From the NCBI GenBank assembly GCA_951406725.2, contig OX597822.1, forward strand, positions 6,572,001 to 6,636,000: 64,000 bases of DNA. Direction: 5' to 3'. The position numbers were made by a program, and so were the translations under genes. The notes beneath the pieces were generated by a model that was not told the DNA's origin, made no database searches, and saw only the letters and a list, made by a program, of their open reading frames with translations. Source of the DNA: Octopus vulgaris. Lineage: Eukaryota. This document shows positions 40,428 through 54,090 of this stretch, piece after piece; positions within the stretch are counted from its first letter, which is position 1; every line of letters begins with the position of its first letter.

Positions 40428-41010
40428 AGGGCGGTGAGTCGGCAGAATCACTAGCACACCGGGAAAATGCTTGGCGGCATTTCGTCCGTCTTTTAGTGTT
40501 TAGTTCAAATTCCTTTCATCATTTCGGGGGTCGATAAAATAAGTATTAGTCAGCATTGGGATCGATGTAATCGACTTACCCAATCCCCTGGAATTACTGG
40601 CCTTGTGTCAAAATGTGAAACCAATATTACTACGATCTCGCGATACTGGAATCAGTGTATGAATTACCGTTTCTCACGCGTACTTAATTTTGCTTACGTC
40701 TGTGGAATGGTTTGTAATTTAAAGAGGGAATTAGTTGACTATGCTTGTTGTTGCAAATCTATGTTCGTTTATTATTAGTGCAATCTAAGGCAGTGAGCTG
40801 GCACTATCGCTAGCACACCGGAAAAAGTCGTCCTTGGTGGCATTTTGTCTGTCTTTACGTCGTGACTTCAAATTCTGTGGAGATCGACTTTACGTTTCAT
40901 CCTTTCGGGGTCGATCAAGTCGATCAAATAAGCACCATTGGAACACTGGCATCGATATAATCGACTAATCTCCACCTCTAAAAAGTTTCAGTCCTTTTGC
41001 CTACATAAGA
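40428..41010 (+). mobile_element. Two old SINE C copies (about 40428-40628 and 40788-41010)
   Basis: GGCGGTGAGTCGGCAGAATCACTAGCAC and GGCAGTGAGCTGGCACTATCGCTAGCAC heads; CCTTTCGGGGTCGAT body. Confidence 0.75.
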
Positions 41011-41739
41011 AAGGATTATTTGTACGAACTCAAGAGACCACATATGGTGATATTCAACAGTTTGTTTAAGCCGAAGCATCAATAGATATATCTGGATACT
41101 CAGAAGATATGGAAGATATTACTCTACCCAGATATATTTATATCGAGGACCAAAAAATAACCGGTTGGGTTATCTGGCCAGATACACTTTTTTGATCAAA
41201 ATATTATTCGGGTTGTAGTCCATGGAATAACTCTTGTATTAATACCGCATTGGTGCATCCGAAAATTTTAAGCAGATTTTCAATACATAAACATATAACC
41301 AAATCTGATAACATAGTCTGTTGTTTCTCCCTTATTCTCATTTCACTGAGGAAAAACATTTTTCTCAGCACAATCAAGCCTTTAAACGACCCTTTTTAAA
41401 GCAATTTTACTCACCATCTTCTCATAACTCAAAGTATCCCCTGTCCTCGGAGCCGGTATGGACCTGGTTGCTAAACACTGACTTAAAGTAATTTAGTTGT
41501 CAAATAAATCTTATACGTTATTTTAGACGATATATCAGATATAAGGCTTTCCATATCAGCCATTTTAAAATATATATTACATGGGTCAGTATCCAAGTGA
41601 AATATTTATGTGAACAACTTTCATGGATAATATCTGAGATTTCTTGATTAAATAAGAGAAAGAATAAACTATTGAAAAGAATCGACTCGGAAACTTATTC
41701 TCCCTCTCTTCTATCTCTTTGTACATCTCTCCCTCCTTC

Positions 41740-41748
41740 CCTATCCAT

Positions 41749-41804
<56 letters not shown>

Positions 41805-41825
41805 TTATCTGTCTATCTTACCGCG

Positions 41826-41893
<68 letters not shown>

Positions 41894-41926
41894 TTATCTA
41901 TATATCTACCTCTATCTATCTAATTA

Positions 41927-41959
<33 letters not shown>

Positions 41960-41989
41960 ATGTCTGTCTGTCCGTCCGTCTGTCCGTCC

Positions 41990-42057
<68 letters not shown>

Positions 42058-42096
42058 GTTTCTCTGTCTATATATCTATCTATCTATCTATCAATA

Positions 42097-42150
<54 letters not shown>

Positions 42151-42248
42151 CTTATCTATCTATCTACCTCTCTCTCTTTCTATCTACCTATCTACCTCTC
42201 TCTCTTTCTATCTACCTATCTACCTCTTTCTCTTTCTATCTATCTATA

Positions 42249-42280
<32 letters not shown>
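41740..42280. repeat. (TCTA)n/(TCTG)n tetranucleotide array
   Basis: Direct reading. Confidence 0.95.
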
Positions 42281-42994
42281 AACAATTACTACATTTAAAC
42301 GAACTGAAAGAAAGGGATACAAACTAAAAGAATAACACATCCTTCGCAAATCAGAAATTGTGGAGTTTAAAATGAATGTACAAAATTTTTTAGGCATATC
42401 AATTAAAATAATTCCATATCTCCAAGGAAATTGTAAGATTCTATGTTTAATTTCGTTGTTTTGTCAGTTTTTGTTGATATATTTCTATCATCATACCAAC
42501 ACTATCCAATCATCGCCACCGCAATAGCAACATCAGCACCACTACCACCACCACCACCACCATCATCTTTTGTCGTCTTCGTCGTCGTCATCATCATCAT
42601 CCTCTCCTTCTCCTTTACTCACTACCATTTCCCCCATCACCACAGTCTACAACATCGCTACTATCATTAAGGACTACGCCCCCGTTCTATTTTGGGATGG
42701 AAACTTAAAGAATATAACATGCAGGGAATAATCTTATTGGTTAAGGACTTATAGTTCTTTGGTCTGAAAAAGGTTGTTCTACGAGATAGTTGTAGAATTT
42801 GCAGCACTAGTGAGACCGATGGCATCAATGTTAAGCATCAAACATTGCACATCCACCTCAACAGTGGAATTCTAGTAGACATTTTGCTAGGAACAAAGAG
42901 GTTGTACATAGTCAGGAGTTCAACTCAATAACATGGGAGGCTGGAGGAGATATAAATCATCCTTCTCGATGTCTAATTCTGGCAACACATCTAT

Positions 42995-43205
42995 TACTCT
43001 TTACTCTTTTCTCTTTTACTTGTTTCAGTCGTTTGACTGCGGCCATGCTGGGGCACCGCCTTTAATCGAGCAACTCGACCCCGGGTCTTATTCTTTTGTA
43101 AGCCCAGTATTTATTCTATCGGTCTCTTTGCCGAACCGCTAAGTGACGGGGACATAAACACACCAGCATCGGTTGTCAAGTGATGTTGGGAGGGGACAAA
43201 CACAG

Positions 43206-43240
<35 letters not shown>

Positions 43241-43412
43241 CATATATACGACGGGCTTCTTTCAGTTTCCGTCTACCAAATCCACTCACAAAGCTTTGGT
43301 CGGCCCGAGGCTATAGTAGAAGACACTTGCCCAAGGTGCCACGCAGTGGGACTGAACCCGGAACCATGTGGTTGGGAAGCAAGCTTCTTACCACACAGCC
43401 ACTCCTGCGCCT
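42995..43412 (-). mobile_element. Full-length SINE family B
   Basis: Minus strand GGCGCAGGAGTGGCTGTGTGGTAAGAAGCTTGCTTCCCAACCACATGGTTCCGGGTTCAGTCCC ... ACTGAAACAAGTAAAAGAG tail. Confidence 0.9.
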
Positions 43413-43599
43413 ATTATATATTTTAACACAGAACGACTAACTTTTGCGGAAAGGAGCAACAAATTCTCGAGACTGGATTTCTCTGGGGAGTTTCACTTTC
43501 ACACAGTAGTGTTAGTTAGCTTGGTTCATCAAATCTATATCGCTTCAAATACCTCGAAGGTATTTTACCCACTAATATATTCGGAACAATAACATTCCT

Positions 43600-46500
43600 T
43601 CATATTATGATGTATCGCAAAGGTGGAGGTGGTCGCGGATAGACCCGCTCGGGATTGCGCATGTTTGCGCTTCTCCGAACAGACTACCGACGACAAGCGC
43701 CACCCTTTTCGCTAACACCTTAGCCAGATTCTTAAACTCTGTGTTTCGCAGAGTTATGAGCCGACAATTCTCTAGTGCGTCCCTATTGTCGGAGTCCTTC
43801 CTCAGCAGTCTCACCACACCTCTGCTAACAGCACTAGGAATACTCCAGTTCTATTGCCAATTGCAGTTGACATCTGCCAAGAGGTCGCCAAACAAATCTG
43901 GCATGAATATATAGAATTCGTAGGGCAGACCATCCAAACGGTCGATCTGCGGCTTGTGCAATCGCTCATCGCTTCCCGAATTTCAGTGGCTGTTATCACC
44001 CTTTCACATAACCTCGCGTCAGTTGCTGAGAGCCGTGGAAAACCGCCCAGGTACGAACTAAAGTCCAGTACTGTCGTCGACCCATCGCCCTCTCCAAACA
44101 GCCGTTCGAAGTGCTGCTGAAAAGCCGCACACATCTGCTTGGAGTCGCGTAGCACGCGCTCATCCCGATCCGCCAAGGACCTTATTGTGGTTTTCTTTCG
44201 ACGTCGTGTCTCCACCGTTCGAACCCATCAGACAGTTTTAGTTCCTTCCTGTTTGAGTGTATGGGCCTTATCTCTAAGAACGCAACCTACATGGTTCGCT
44301 TCGAAGAAATGATCCAGGGTCATTCTCGCGGCTAACATATCGGCCACAATGCCCTTTTTAATCGCCTCTTTAATTCGGCCCACGCCGGTTGTCGATGACT
44401 GCCTCTGTCAGCTGTTGCTTAACTAGTTCAATAATCCGGTCCCTGTAGTATTTGCGAACCAGAAAGGACATGTTTATCTTCCAGCAACCAGATCCCTATC
44501 TACGATCCAATCTAACTCGACGGTGCAGATCACCTACTTGTGGTCTGTGCAGCCGATCAATTTATATTGTGGACAACCTACACTATCCCTATCCTCTGAC
44601 CTAACAAATACTCTATCTAGATACGATCTGAATGACCCATTGCGGTTGCTCCATGTTTATACTGGCAAATCAGGGAAATCCATTCGATACCTATCAGACA
44701 ATTGGAAGTCTCTGAGTAGGTTTTCGAGGTTTCTGCATCCCTTTCTTCTGTGATCTATCCTGGCGTAGTCTTTCCGGGCATCCAAAATCTCACTCCAGTC
44801 CCCTACTAGTACTAAAGTGCGAGACGTTCCCAAGGAAATTGTGTACACACCTAAAGAATTCTGGCCTTCCAGCTCCTGTCGCAGCATAGATGACATCAAT
44901 CTAAGGGCGTTACCTTCGCTAACATTCACATCGATGATCTCAGACCTGCCGCCCGGGTCCAAGAAAATTACCTTTACTTCTAGATCTAAGTTTTCTCGGA
45001 ATAGCACTGCTCTCCCCACCGTCCGCTCTCGACACACCACATGATGATAATATCGCATAGTCATCGAAAATAAGCGCTAATACTTGCGGATTAGAAATCC
45101 TTGTCTCGCTAATTGCAGTCACATCTAAATGGAACTACATGAAGTCGTTTCTCGCTTCCAAGCTGACCCCAGGCCACGAGCATTCACACATCCTCCTCTG
45201 AAAACGACGAATTTTATCGGGGAAACAAAATGGAAGAAAGTCACTTAATTTGGATTTTGGGTGAGTCGGCTGATTCAGCTGCCTCGTCTGAAGCATTATC
45301 ATAATTGAAGGGCCTTCCGAAGGACATCATATCCGGTTTTAGCCTAAAAAGCCCAATGTCTTTTGGGGTTTTTTAAAGTTCTAGATACGTGTTTGTGTGG
45401 TAGGGAGGTTTCGACAGAAATTCGTCGAATCCTACTCCTTTCGGGTGAATGTTTGTGTTTGACCTTACTTCCTGCTTTTGTAAACGACTGTGAAGTTGAT
45501 GAGGCATCCGTGTTCTGTAGTCAGTTGTATGGGTTGTTCTTGTGAATCTTGTTTCTCTTCGTGCATTTGTTTCTGCTTTGGTGTTTTTTATAGTTGTGGT
45601 TGGATGAGTGTGAATTGCTTTTGTTGTTGGCATTTGGGTGGTTATATCGGTGTTGTTACTGTAGCTGATGCATTAGGTGAGTTTTCCTCGTCCTGCCTTT
45701 TCATTTTCAGCTTAGGATGGCCTTTTCTTTTAACTATTCTCTCAGTTTTCCCCAACACATGTCCGTCTTGGGGAATTCAGTTCCTCCTCGTCACATGATA
45801 AGGTTTCTGAATCGCCCGTGTCGGAGTATATGATATATATCTATGTTGCTCGTCTGCAGGGATGGTCAAATGTTGCTTGTTTCCAGCGTTACAGTTGTTG
45901 GTGCCATTGTGGTGGTGGGATTCCCTTTTTGAAAATGTTGCTTTAATGGTTGTTGCTGCATTAATTGTTGTTGCAGCTTTTGGACTTCTTGTGGTGATCA
46001 CAGAGCCATGGTTTTTGTTGATTTTATAAACACCCGATCTTCAAATGGGCGTTAGACCCACAAGTGTAGCACCTTGACTTTCTGCCCTCCCCAACGTGAC
46101 TTGGAATTCTACTCTGCTGGGCAGCTCCGTAAGGTTGGAGACTTTATCCAGGGATTCGGGTTTTACCTGGATCAAAATTGTCAACCCGATTCCGGACCAG
46201 TTTTCCTTTCAATATTTTTTTTAATTTCTAGAAGAGAATCCGGGCTTTCGACCACAGCGCACGCAACCAACCACCAACTGCCGAATTCTGGTGGCACATC
46301 TGATATTTTAACTTTTACCACAGGCCGTCCAGGGTATGCGGGAAAGAGAAGATCCTCCTGTTTGCACTGGACGATTGAGTGTTTGGGGGCCACTGCCTCT
46401 GTGAGGAACCTCAATTCCACAGAACCATTTGGTGTCCCTCGTGTGAAGAAATCAATATCAGTCCAAATGCACTTCATGCATTTTTCTACCTGGATGTGTG

Positions 46501-46900
46501 GCACATTGAAGATTTTCCTTATCTTTAGAGACACATATACGACACTATATACGAGTGTCCTTCTGGCTGCCTTCTCCATCAAATCTAAAGGGGTAGCAAG
46601 CTTCGTTTTCCTATCCTCTCTGTTGAGAAGTTTTTCTAATTCACCTAGGTACGCATGTTTTCCTTCCAGAGAGATTTGCTCCTGCAATTTTATTACTCCT
46701 ATAAAGGTGTTGTTATCGTTGCTATTATTGTTGGTGTTGATTATATCGATTTTGCTGCTGGCGTTGTCCCTGTCGTTCTTGGTTTAGTCGGAGCCGAATC
46801 GACGCTATTCTTTCTGCTGATGTTCATATCGTTGACCGTAATAGCTATACTGCTAGCTAACGGCGAGAAATCATTTATATCGTTGCTGTACTGCTTATTT
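43600..46900 (-). mobile_element. Degenerate L1/Tx1-clade LINE: ORF1, APE endonuclease and start of RT; 3' part missing
   Basis: ORF1 46181-46687 (VELRFLTE, PAYPGRPVVKVKISDVPPE). ORF2 pieces CVNARGL, AISETRI, LVLVGDW, SYLDRVFV, TDHK, then RLITLRNTEFKNLAKVLAKR..QTCAIP.GSIRDHL. Confidence 0.88.
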
Positions 46901-47224
46901 TCTCTTCCGTCAAAGCTTTAATGTTGGTGTTGATGCTGCTGTTGCTGTTCTGTCGTTGCTGCTACATTGGCTTTCTGTTGTTGTTGTTGTTCTTGTTGTT
47001 CGTAGTTGTAATGGCAGAGGTGAAGATGGCGGTGGTGTCGAAGTTGTTTCTTGTGATTGTGACGGTCATCTTGTTTTGCCTGCTTGTTTATCTGGTTGTC
47101 ACGCCAACAGGCGAAAAAGTGTCATCCTCTCTCATTTTCTCTCTCAAAATGTGCTACGATGGTAATGAGACAACGAAAGCTTGTCAAGACAGAAGGTATC
47201 TGGTTGTCAAGTTGTGAAACGATG

Positions 47225-48835
47225 AAGGCAATGCAACCTCAATCCAGTTATAAATACCCGGGAATACTTGAGGCAGATGGAATCAAACACCACGACAAAA
47301 AAGAAAAGACAAAAAGAGAGTATCTGCGGCGATCGGGGAGAATATTGGCTTCAAAGCTGAATGCCAGAAACATAATTTCAACAATACACCCACACGCAGT
47401 CGCAGCAGCTCGGTATGGCGCTGGAATCCTGAAGTGGACAGAGGAGGAGCTAAAGGAGATGAGTAAGAAGTGAAGAAATCTCCTAACGATGCATGGAGCC
47501 CATCATGCACGTGCTAAGATGTGGCAGCTACAAGAGTCAAAAATAAAGGTTGTCCCTATTGTCATCGGAGCATTGTGTTCAATACCACCCAATCTGAGAA
47601 ATATCATCTAGAAACATTTGAAATACGTGAAGAGAACAAATGGAGGAAGGGGACTGATGAGTGTGGAATTGTGCGTGCGTATCGAACTCAAGAGCTTAAT
47701 GATATACGTAGCCCAGTTAGTGACAGTAAGGAACGAGGGAATATTGGGAGCTTAAAAAGGGGGAAAACAAAGGAAGAAGTACAAAAAGCACATCAAGAAG
47801 AATTACGCAAGAGGGAACTAGACAATCAATTCCATGTAGCCACAACAGCAGTTGCTGGAAAAAAGAGGTGAGTTTGGCTGATGAAGATTTCTTGACTTCT
47901 TATTCATCTCCTTTAGCTCTTGAGGGACAGCTGAACATTTCTGGATACCTAACCTGCTAGCAACATAAATCCTACATAAATCCTACCAGGAACAAGCCCC
48001 GACCTGCGCCAAACCAAATTAATAATAATGATAATGATTTAAATTCCACTTTTAGTACAAGGCCAGTAATTACAGGGGAATTGTATCAACACCATTGTTT
48101 AACTGGTGCATAGATTTTGGATCCTAAAAGGGTGAAACATTAGGTCGATATCGACGGAATTCGGACTGCGCTCGGTGGTACACTGAAATCACGTGATAAA
48201 AATAAGACTACTGAATAACAACAACAACAACAATAATAATAATAATAATAGTAATAATACTAATAAATGCCCTGATGCTCTCATGGCTTCTGATCTAAGT
48301 GATTGGAAATGTTATATACATCGTTTTGTCTTGGTATGATACATGGACTACAGTATGGATACGCGGTAACGGGTGCTTGGTACCTATATATATCGGAAAA
48401 GGCAATGGACAAAAAGGAGAAGGCGAAAATTCCCTGGGACTTTGACCTCCAAACAGACAACGTGTTAGATCACCGATAGCCAGATATAGTAACCTTTAGG
48501 ACGGACAAACAAGAGTGCCGAATAATCGAAGTAGCAGTGCAAGGAGATCAACATATCATCCTGAAAGAAAGAGAAATGATTGATAAATATGGAGTCCGGA
48601 GAACTGATATCGCGAAGATGTGGCAGCTACAAGAGTCAAAAATAAAGGTTGTCCCTATTGTCATCGGAGCATTGTGTTCAATACCACCCAATCTGAGAAA
48701 TATCATCTAGAAACATTTGAACTACCCTACAATCTAGGTGTATTTAAAACATCGGCATTACTCGGAACTGCAGGTAATTTGTGTAAATTACTATCTGAGG
48801 TATTTGTTGTGACTTGGCAGACAGTATAAACCTCG
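47225..48835 (+). pseudogene. Fragmented R4/Dong-like LINE with internal insertions
   Basis: YKYPGILEAD, SKLNARNII, YGAGILKWT, MHGAHH; later KIPWDFDLQTD, PDIV, IVIGAL, ALLGTA. Confidence 0.8.
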
Positions 48836-49176
48836 GTAGACACAATATTTTCAATCAACAACATCACAATATTGGATACTGTGCGATGACTTAAATAATA
48901 ATCACAATAACTAGTATTAACCGTGGAGATTCCACGGTAAATGCGAAATTTTTTAGTTGGTTGTAAGTTAATATACAAACATAAAAATAAGTGCTCCTTT
49001 ATAAATGTTATATTCTGCATAATTTTCGGGTTAAAAATCCTTTCAGTTCTTCTGGATAAGGCCGTAACTGAAAGAGCACGAATTTCCCATTATCTTATAA
49101 GTTCAGATCTTCATATATAACGGGTTCACAATAATTACAGAGAATGTTCTTGTCTCTAATGTAACCATTCAAGGGT

Positions 49177-49601
49177 ACTCTTTACTTGTTTCGGTCATTT
49201 GACTGCGGCCATGCTGGAGCACCGCATTTAGTCGAGCAAATCGACCCCGGGACTTATTCTTTGTAAGCCCAGTAATTATTCTATCGGTCTCTTATGCCGA
49301 ACCGCTAAGTTACGGGGACGTAAACACACCACCATCGGTTGTCAAGCAATGCTAGGGGGACAAACACAGACACACAAACATATACGCACACACACACACA
49401 CACACTCACACATATATATATATATATATACATATATACGACAGGCTTCTTTCAGTTTCCGTCTACCAAATCCACTCACAAGGCATTGGTCGGCCCGGGG
49501 CTATAGCAGAAAACACTTGCCCAAGATGCCACGCAGTGGGACTGAACCCAGAACCATGTGGTTGGTTAGCAAGCTACTTACCACACAGCCACTCCTGCGC
49601 C
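49177..49601 (-). mobile_element. Full-length SINE family B
   Basis: Highly similar to 42995-43412. Confidence 0.9.
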
Positions 49602-50185
49602 TACGTTTACATGTTTTTTTTTATTGGTCGTTCTCTCTGATTTACATTTTATATTCTAGTTTGAGTACGTCCCCTCATCTATACTGGTTAATTCATATTT
49701 TCACTTCTACACGCTGATGCACCCCCCCCCCACTGTGCTTTTTAAAATGTTTCGACTCTCTGCTCCTCCTTGCATCATTGACTATTCGGTTTCATTTCTG
49801 TTTCTTTTGTTAGATTACATCGTCTGTCATCTATATTTTATAAACAAATATGAATTTTCAAGCGAACAGGCTATCATGCACTTATGCGCACGCATTAAGT
49901 GATAAGTGATATAAAAAAAAACTTAGTTCAATTAAAAACAGAAATTCCACTTTTCACTATCCATGACCATGAACCACTACCTCCACGACATTCACCCCCA
50001 CCCCCACCACCACAACCACCACCCACACCACCACCACAACAACAACAACAGCCACCACCACCATTTCTCTCCCTCCCTCTCTCTCTCTCTCTCTCTGCTT
50101 TTTATTCACCCTCACCATCAGAAAATCGCCACTGTACAAAAATTAGACTTCTAACTCTCCTTCTGTATATCTCTTCTCTCTCTTT

Positions 50186-50585
50186 AACTCTTTTACTTGT
50201 TTCAGTCATTTGACTGCGGCCATGCTGGAGCACCGCCTTTAATCGAGCAACTCGACCCCGGGACTTATTCTTTGTAAGCCCAGTACTTATTCTATCGGTC
50301 TCTTTTGCCGAACCGCTAAGTAACGGGGACATAAACACATCAGCATCGGTTGTCAAGCAATGCTAGGGAGACAAACACAAACATACACGCACACATATAT
50401 ATACACAAATATACATATATACGACAGGCCTCTTTCAGTTTCCGTCTACCAAATCTACTCACAAGGCTTTGGTCGGCCCGAGGCTATAGTAGAAGACACT
50501 TGCCCAAGGTACCACGTAGTGGAACTGAACCCAGAACCAGGTGGTTGGTAAACGAGCTACTAAACCGCACAGCCACTCCTGCGCC
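50186..50585 (-). mobile_element. Full-length SINE family B
   Basis: Highly similar to 42995-43412 and 49177-49601. Confidence 0.9.
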
Positions 50586-50873
50586 TTCAAGAAACTTTTT
50601 AAACCACGAAATAAATATTACGTTTCCACTGCTTCACATCATGGACGCCTCTCTCTCCCTCTTTTTCTTTCATCACTTTCTCTCTCACTCTTCGTTTCCA
50701 CTTTAATTAAACACGTGAAAGCGTTACAGATGGGCTGAGTAAGCGGAGAAACAAGCAGAATTATTATTGTTACTATTATTTGATGATGATGATGATAATA
50801 ATAATAATTACAACAACAACGACAATAACACCAATAACAATAACAACAATAATAGTGGTGAATATGATGATGG

Positions 50874-50927
<54 letters not shown>

Positions 50928-51424
50928 GGATGACGATGATGATGCCGAGGATAATGATGCGGAGTATGAGGACTAAGTTAAAGATACATGGCTCAGGGCA
51001 GCGAGTGAGGTGCACATGCCTATCCATGTTCCATAGAGTGTCATATCGCTCTTCAATACTTTGGCGTGCAAACTGCATTTGTCTGGGCTTTATGTCCTTT
51101 CGCAGACGGCCCAATTTTACTTCACTCAGTTCTCAAACGGTACTTCACAACCAACCAGATACAAAAACCGAGGCGAAACGGAGAGGGAGGGGTCAGCGTT
51201 TTGGGATCGCCACCTACTGCTTTGTTGCACCTCGAAAGGGAGCTGACTATGCTAAGGAAGCCCCCATTTGACATTACGGCGTCTTTCCGCTACCGATCTA
51301 TGACTACTGACGGTAACAAGAACGGAGCTTTTGGCTGCAGCATTAAAGCATACACACACATACACACACACACACACATACATACACACACACATACACA
51401 CACACACACATACACACACGCACA

Positions 51425-51468
<44 letters not shown>

Positions 51469-51685
51469 AACACACACACACTCTCACACGCACATGCATT
51501 GTGAATGTGTATGTGTGTTTGTGCTGTGTATGTGTGTACTTGTGTATTACTGATTTAATGCTTTAGCAAAAAACTCTGCTTTTGCGATTTCAGTAGTTCT
51601 TTGGAAACATTAAATCTACAGCTATCTTTAGCTCGTATTGTCTCTTTGAATTTCTGGTTTCCTTGATCTATGATTGAAGAAATTT

Positions 51686-51745
<60 letters not shown>

Positions 51746-52194
51746 AGTGTATGCGTATGCACGTTTCACTTTATGTATATGTGCGTATGTGTGTGTAGAC
51801 TTGAGCCACATGCTGTATAAGTTTTCCGAGTGTGCTATTAAACATGAATTGATTACCAAACTACTCATATATTCTGTTCGTTCTTGCATATGTGTATACA
51901 TACAAACATACATATGCACATACATATGCACACACATGCATATATAAATATATACGTGCATACATACATACATACATACACACATGCATGTGTATAACTA
52001 CGGGAACCCAAAGACATATATCAGGCATAGTTTCCATGTCAGAATATACCATGTAAATTATCATAATTGTCTTTCCATATCCTTATATTTTTACCTCTCT
52101 TACTGCATCATCTCAATCTCCATATCGTTCAGCTACTTGGGGTTGAAATGTTTCATATATATATATAAACACATAGATACATATGTACTTAGAC

Positions 52195-52625
<431 letters not shown>

Positions 52626-53589
52626 CTTTTAGCTGGACAAGATCTTTCATGCCGTTACAAACTAATATACATATACATACCCTTGAACATTGATCTGTGA
52701 ATTAGTTGCAAAGATATATATGCTATGCTTTGTAACAACTTCCTTCATATCACAATATTCTATGCTCTCAAAAATACATCTATAAATATGTTTGTGTGTT
52801 AGTGTTTGATATATTCCTCTCTATGCAATATTCTTAATATTAGCATTGTCTTACAACATCTATGATGTATTTTCTTTATCAAAGGTTTTGACAAATATCA
52901 CATCATTCCTTAACATTCCCATAATTTCACAACTTTAGCAATAAATTTGCTTATCGTTCTTTCTGTCAAAGTTATAGGAAATCGAATGCCAGAGAACGTG
53001 TCCAAAGCAAGCAATTATTCTTATGAGAAAATAAATAATTCATGATTTGCTAATCTTGTTAGTATGGAACCGATGTAGATTTTTCAAATTCAAAGAATAG
53101 TTCCGTCTAAAGACAACATAAAAATATAATTATTAAAATTAATATTTATTTTATTCATACATTCCCTAAAATAAAATTGATTCTGTTACTTTCTATTACC
53201 TGCACAAATCACACTAGACTGTAGAGTCGAAGTCGTTATTCTTTCACACAAACCTGTCTTTCCCCCAAAGCGATTTGATGCAAAATTAGCTTCAGGAAAT
53301 ATATTATTTATTTATATGGTTATTTATTATTTATGTGTGATAATGAACTGTGACACTGGTGCGAGGTTACCCATATAAAGAAACAGATGAAATGGCACAG
53401 ATGCAAGCGTAGCCTTATCAGAAGACAGGAAATGAAGAAGTAGACAGCAGGACATGATTGACGAATACTTAACCACGTGCAAAATATGGTAAACTCGACA
53501 GCGGGACTCCAATGGAAATAACTAAAGATCGCAAGACAATTGTTAAGGTGCTCTACTGATTCTGTGTGACTGCTATGTAAATAATAATA

Positions 53590-54090
53590 CTAGATTGTTG
53601 TGATGTCTTGCAAACAACTTGCACATGCAAGTGCTACCAGTTAAAAGCTCCGTATACCGGAAGCTAGCAAGTGTATAGGGTCATCAGGAGAGAATGCGCC
53701 CCGTTTCGGGGCCTACCTCTCGACGGCATCAATGCGCACCGGCCCCCCTCACTGATATGAGGCCCCACTTGCTAGATCAGCTGGTTATGAAGAACTCAAT
53801 AAACTTCTAACCATCGCTCATCGTCTCTTTTTAACCAAATCCAGTGGCTAGCCTTCTCCACTGTAGATTGGATATCAGTCATGATGGTATTGACTTTACG
53901 ATGAGTTAGGCCTAACGATAACAACAGTCGTCTCACGCTGTGTCCTACAAACCCTCTACATCCAACTTCGATAGGAAAATGTTCCACTTTCCAGCCTGCG
54001 TCTTCACATTCCTCGAGGAGGTTTTCATAACGGTTCAATTTTCGAGCCCGAGCGGCGTCCATATTATCTTCATGAGGAACCGTTAGCTCG
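53590..54090 (-). mobile_element. 5'-truncated HERO-like RLE non-LTR retrotransposon (ORF C-terminus + structured 3' UTR)
   Basis: ELTVPHED..AARARK..RY..L...C...GW.....IEVGCRGF...S.....LG....EKASHWIWLKR resembles the HERO-clade RLE C-terminus (motif recall). Stop at 53796; short ATT tail near 53580-53590. Confidence 0.8.
53664..53775 (-). ncRNA. Candidate permuted/pseudoknotted hammerhead ribozyme in the HERO-like 3' UTR
   Basis: Minus strand CCG-T-C / GAGAGG / TAGGCCCC / GAAACGG / GGCGCAT / TCTCTC / CTGATGA / CCCTA, enclosed by the perfect 10-bp stem CTAGCAAGTG..CACTTGCTAG. Confidence 0.5.
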
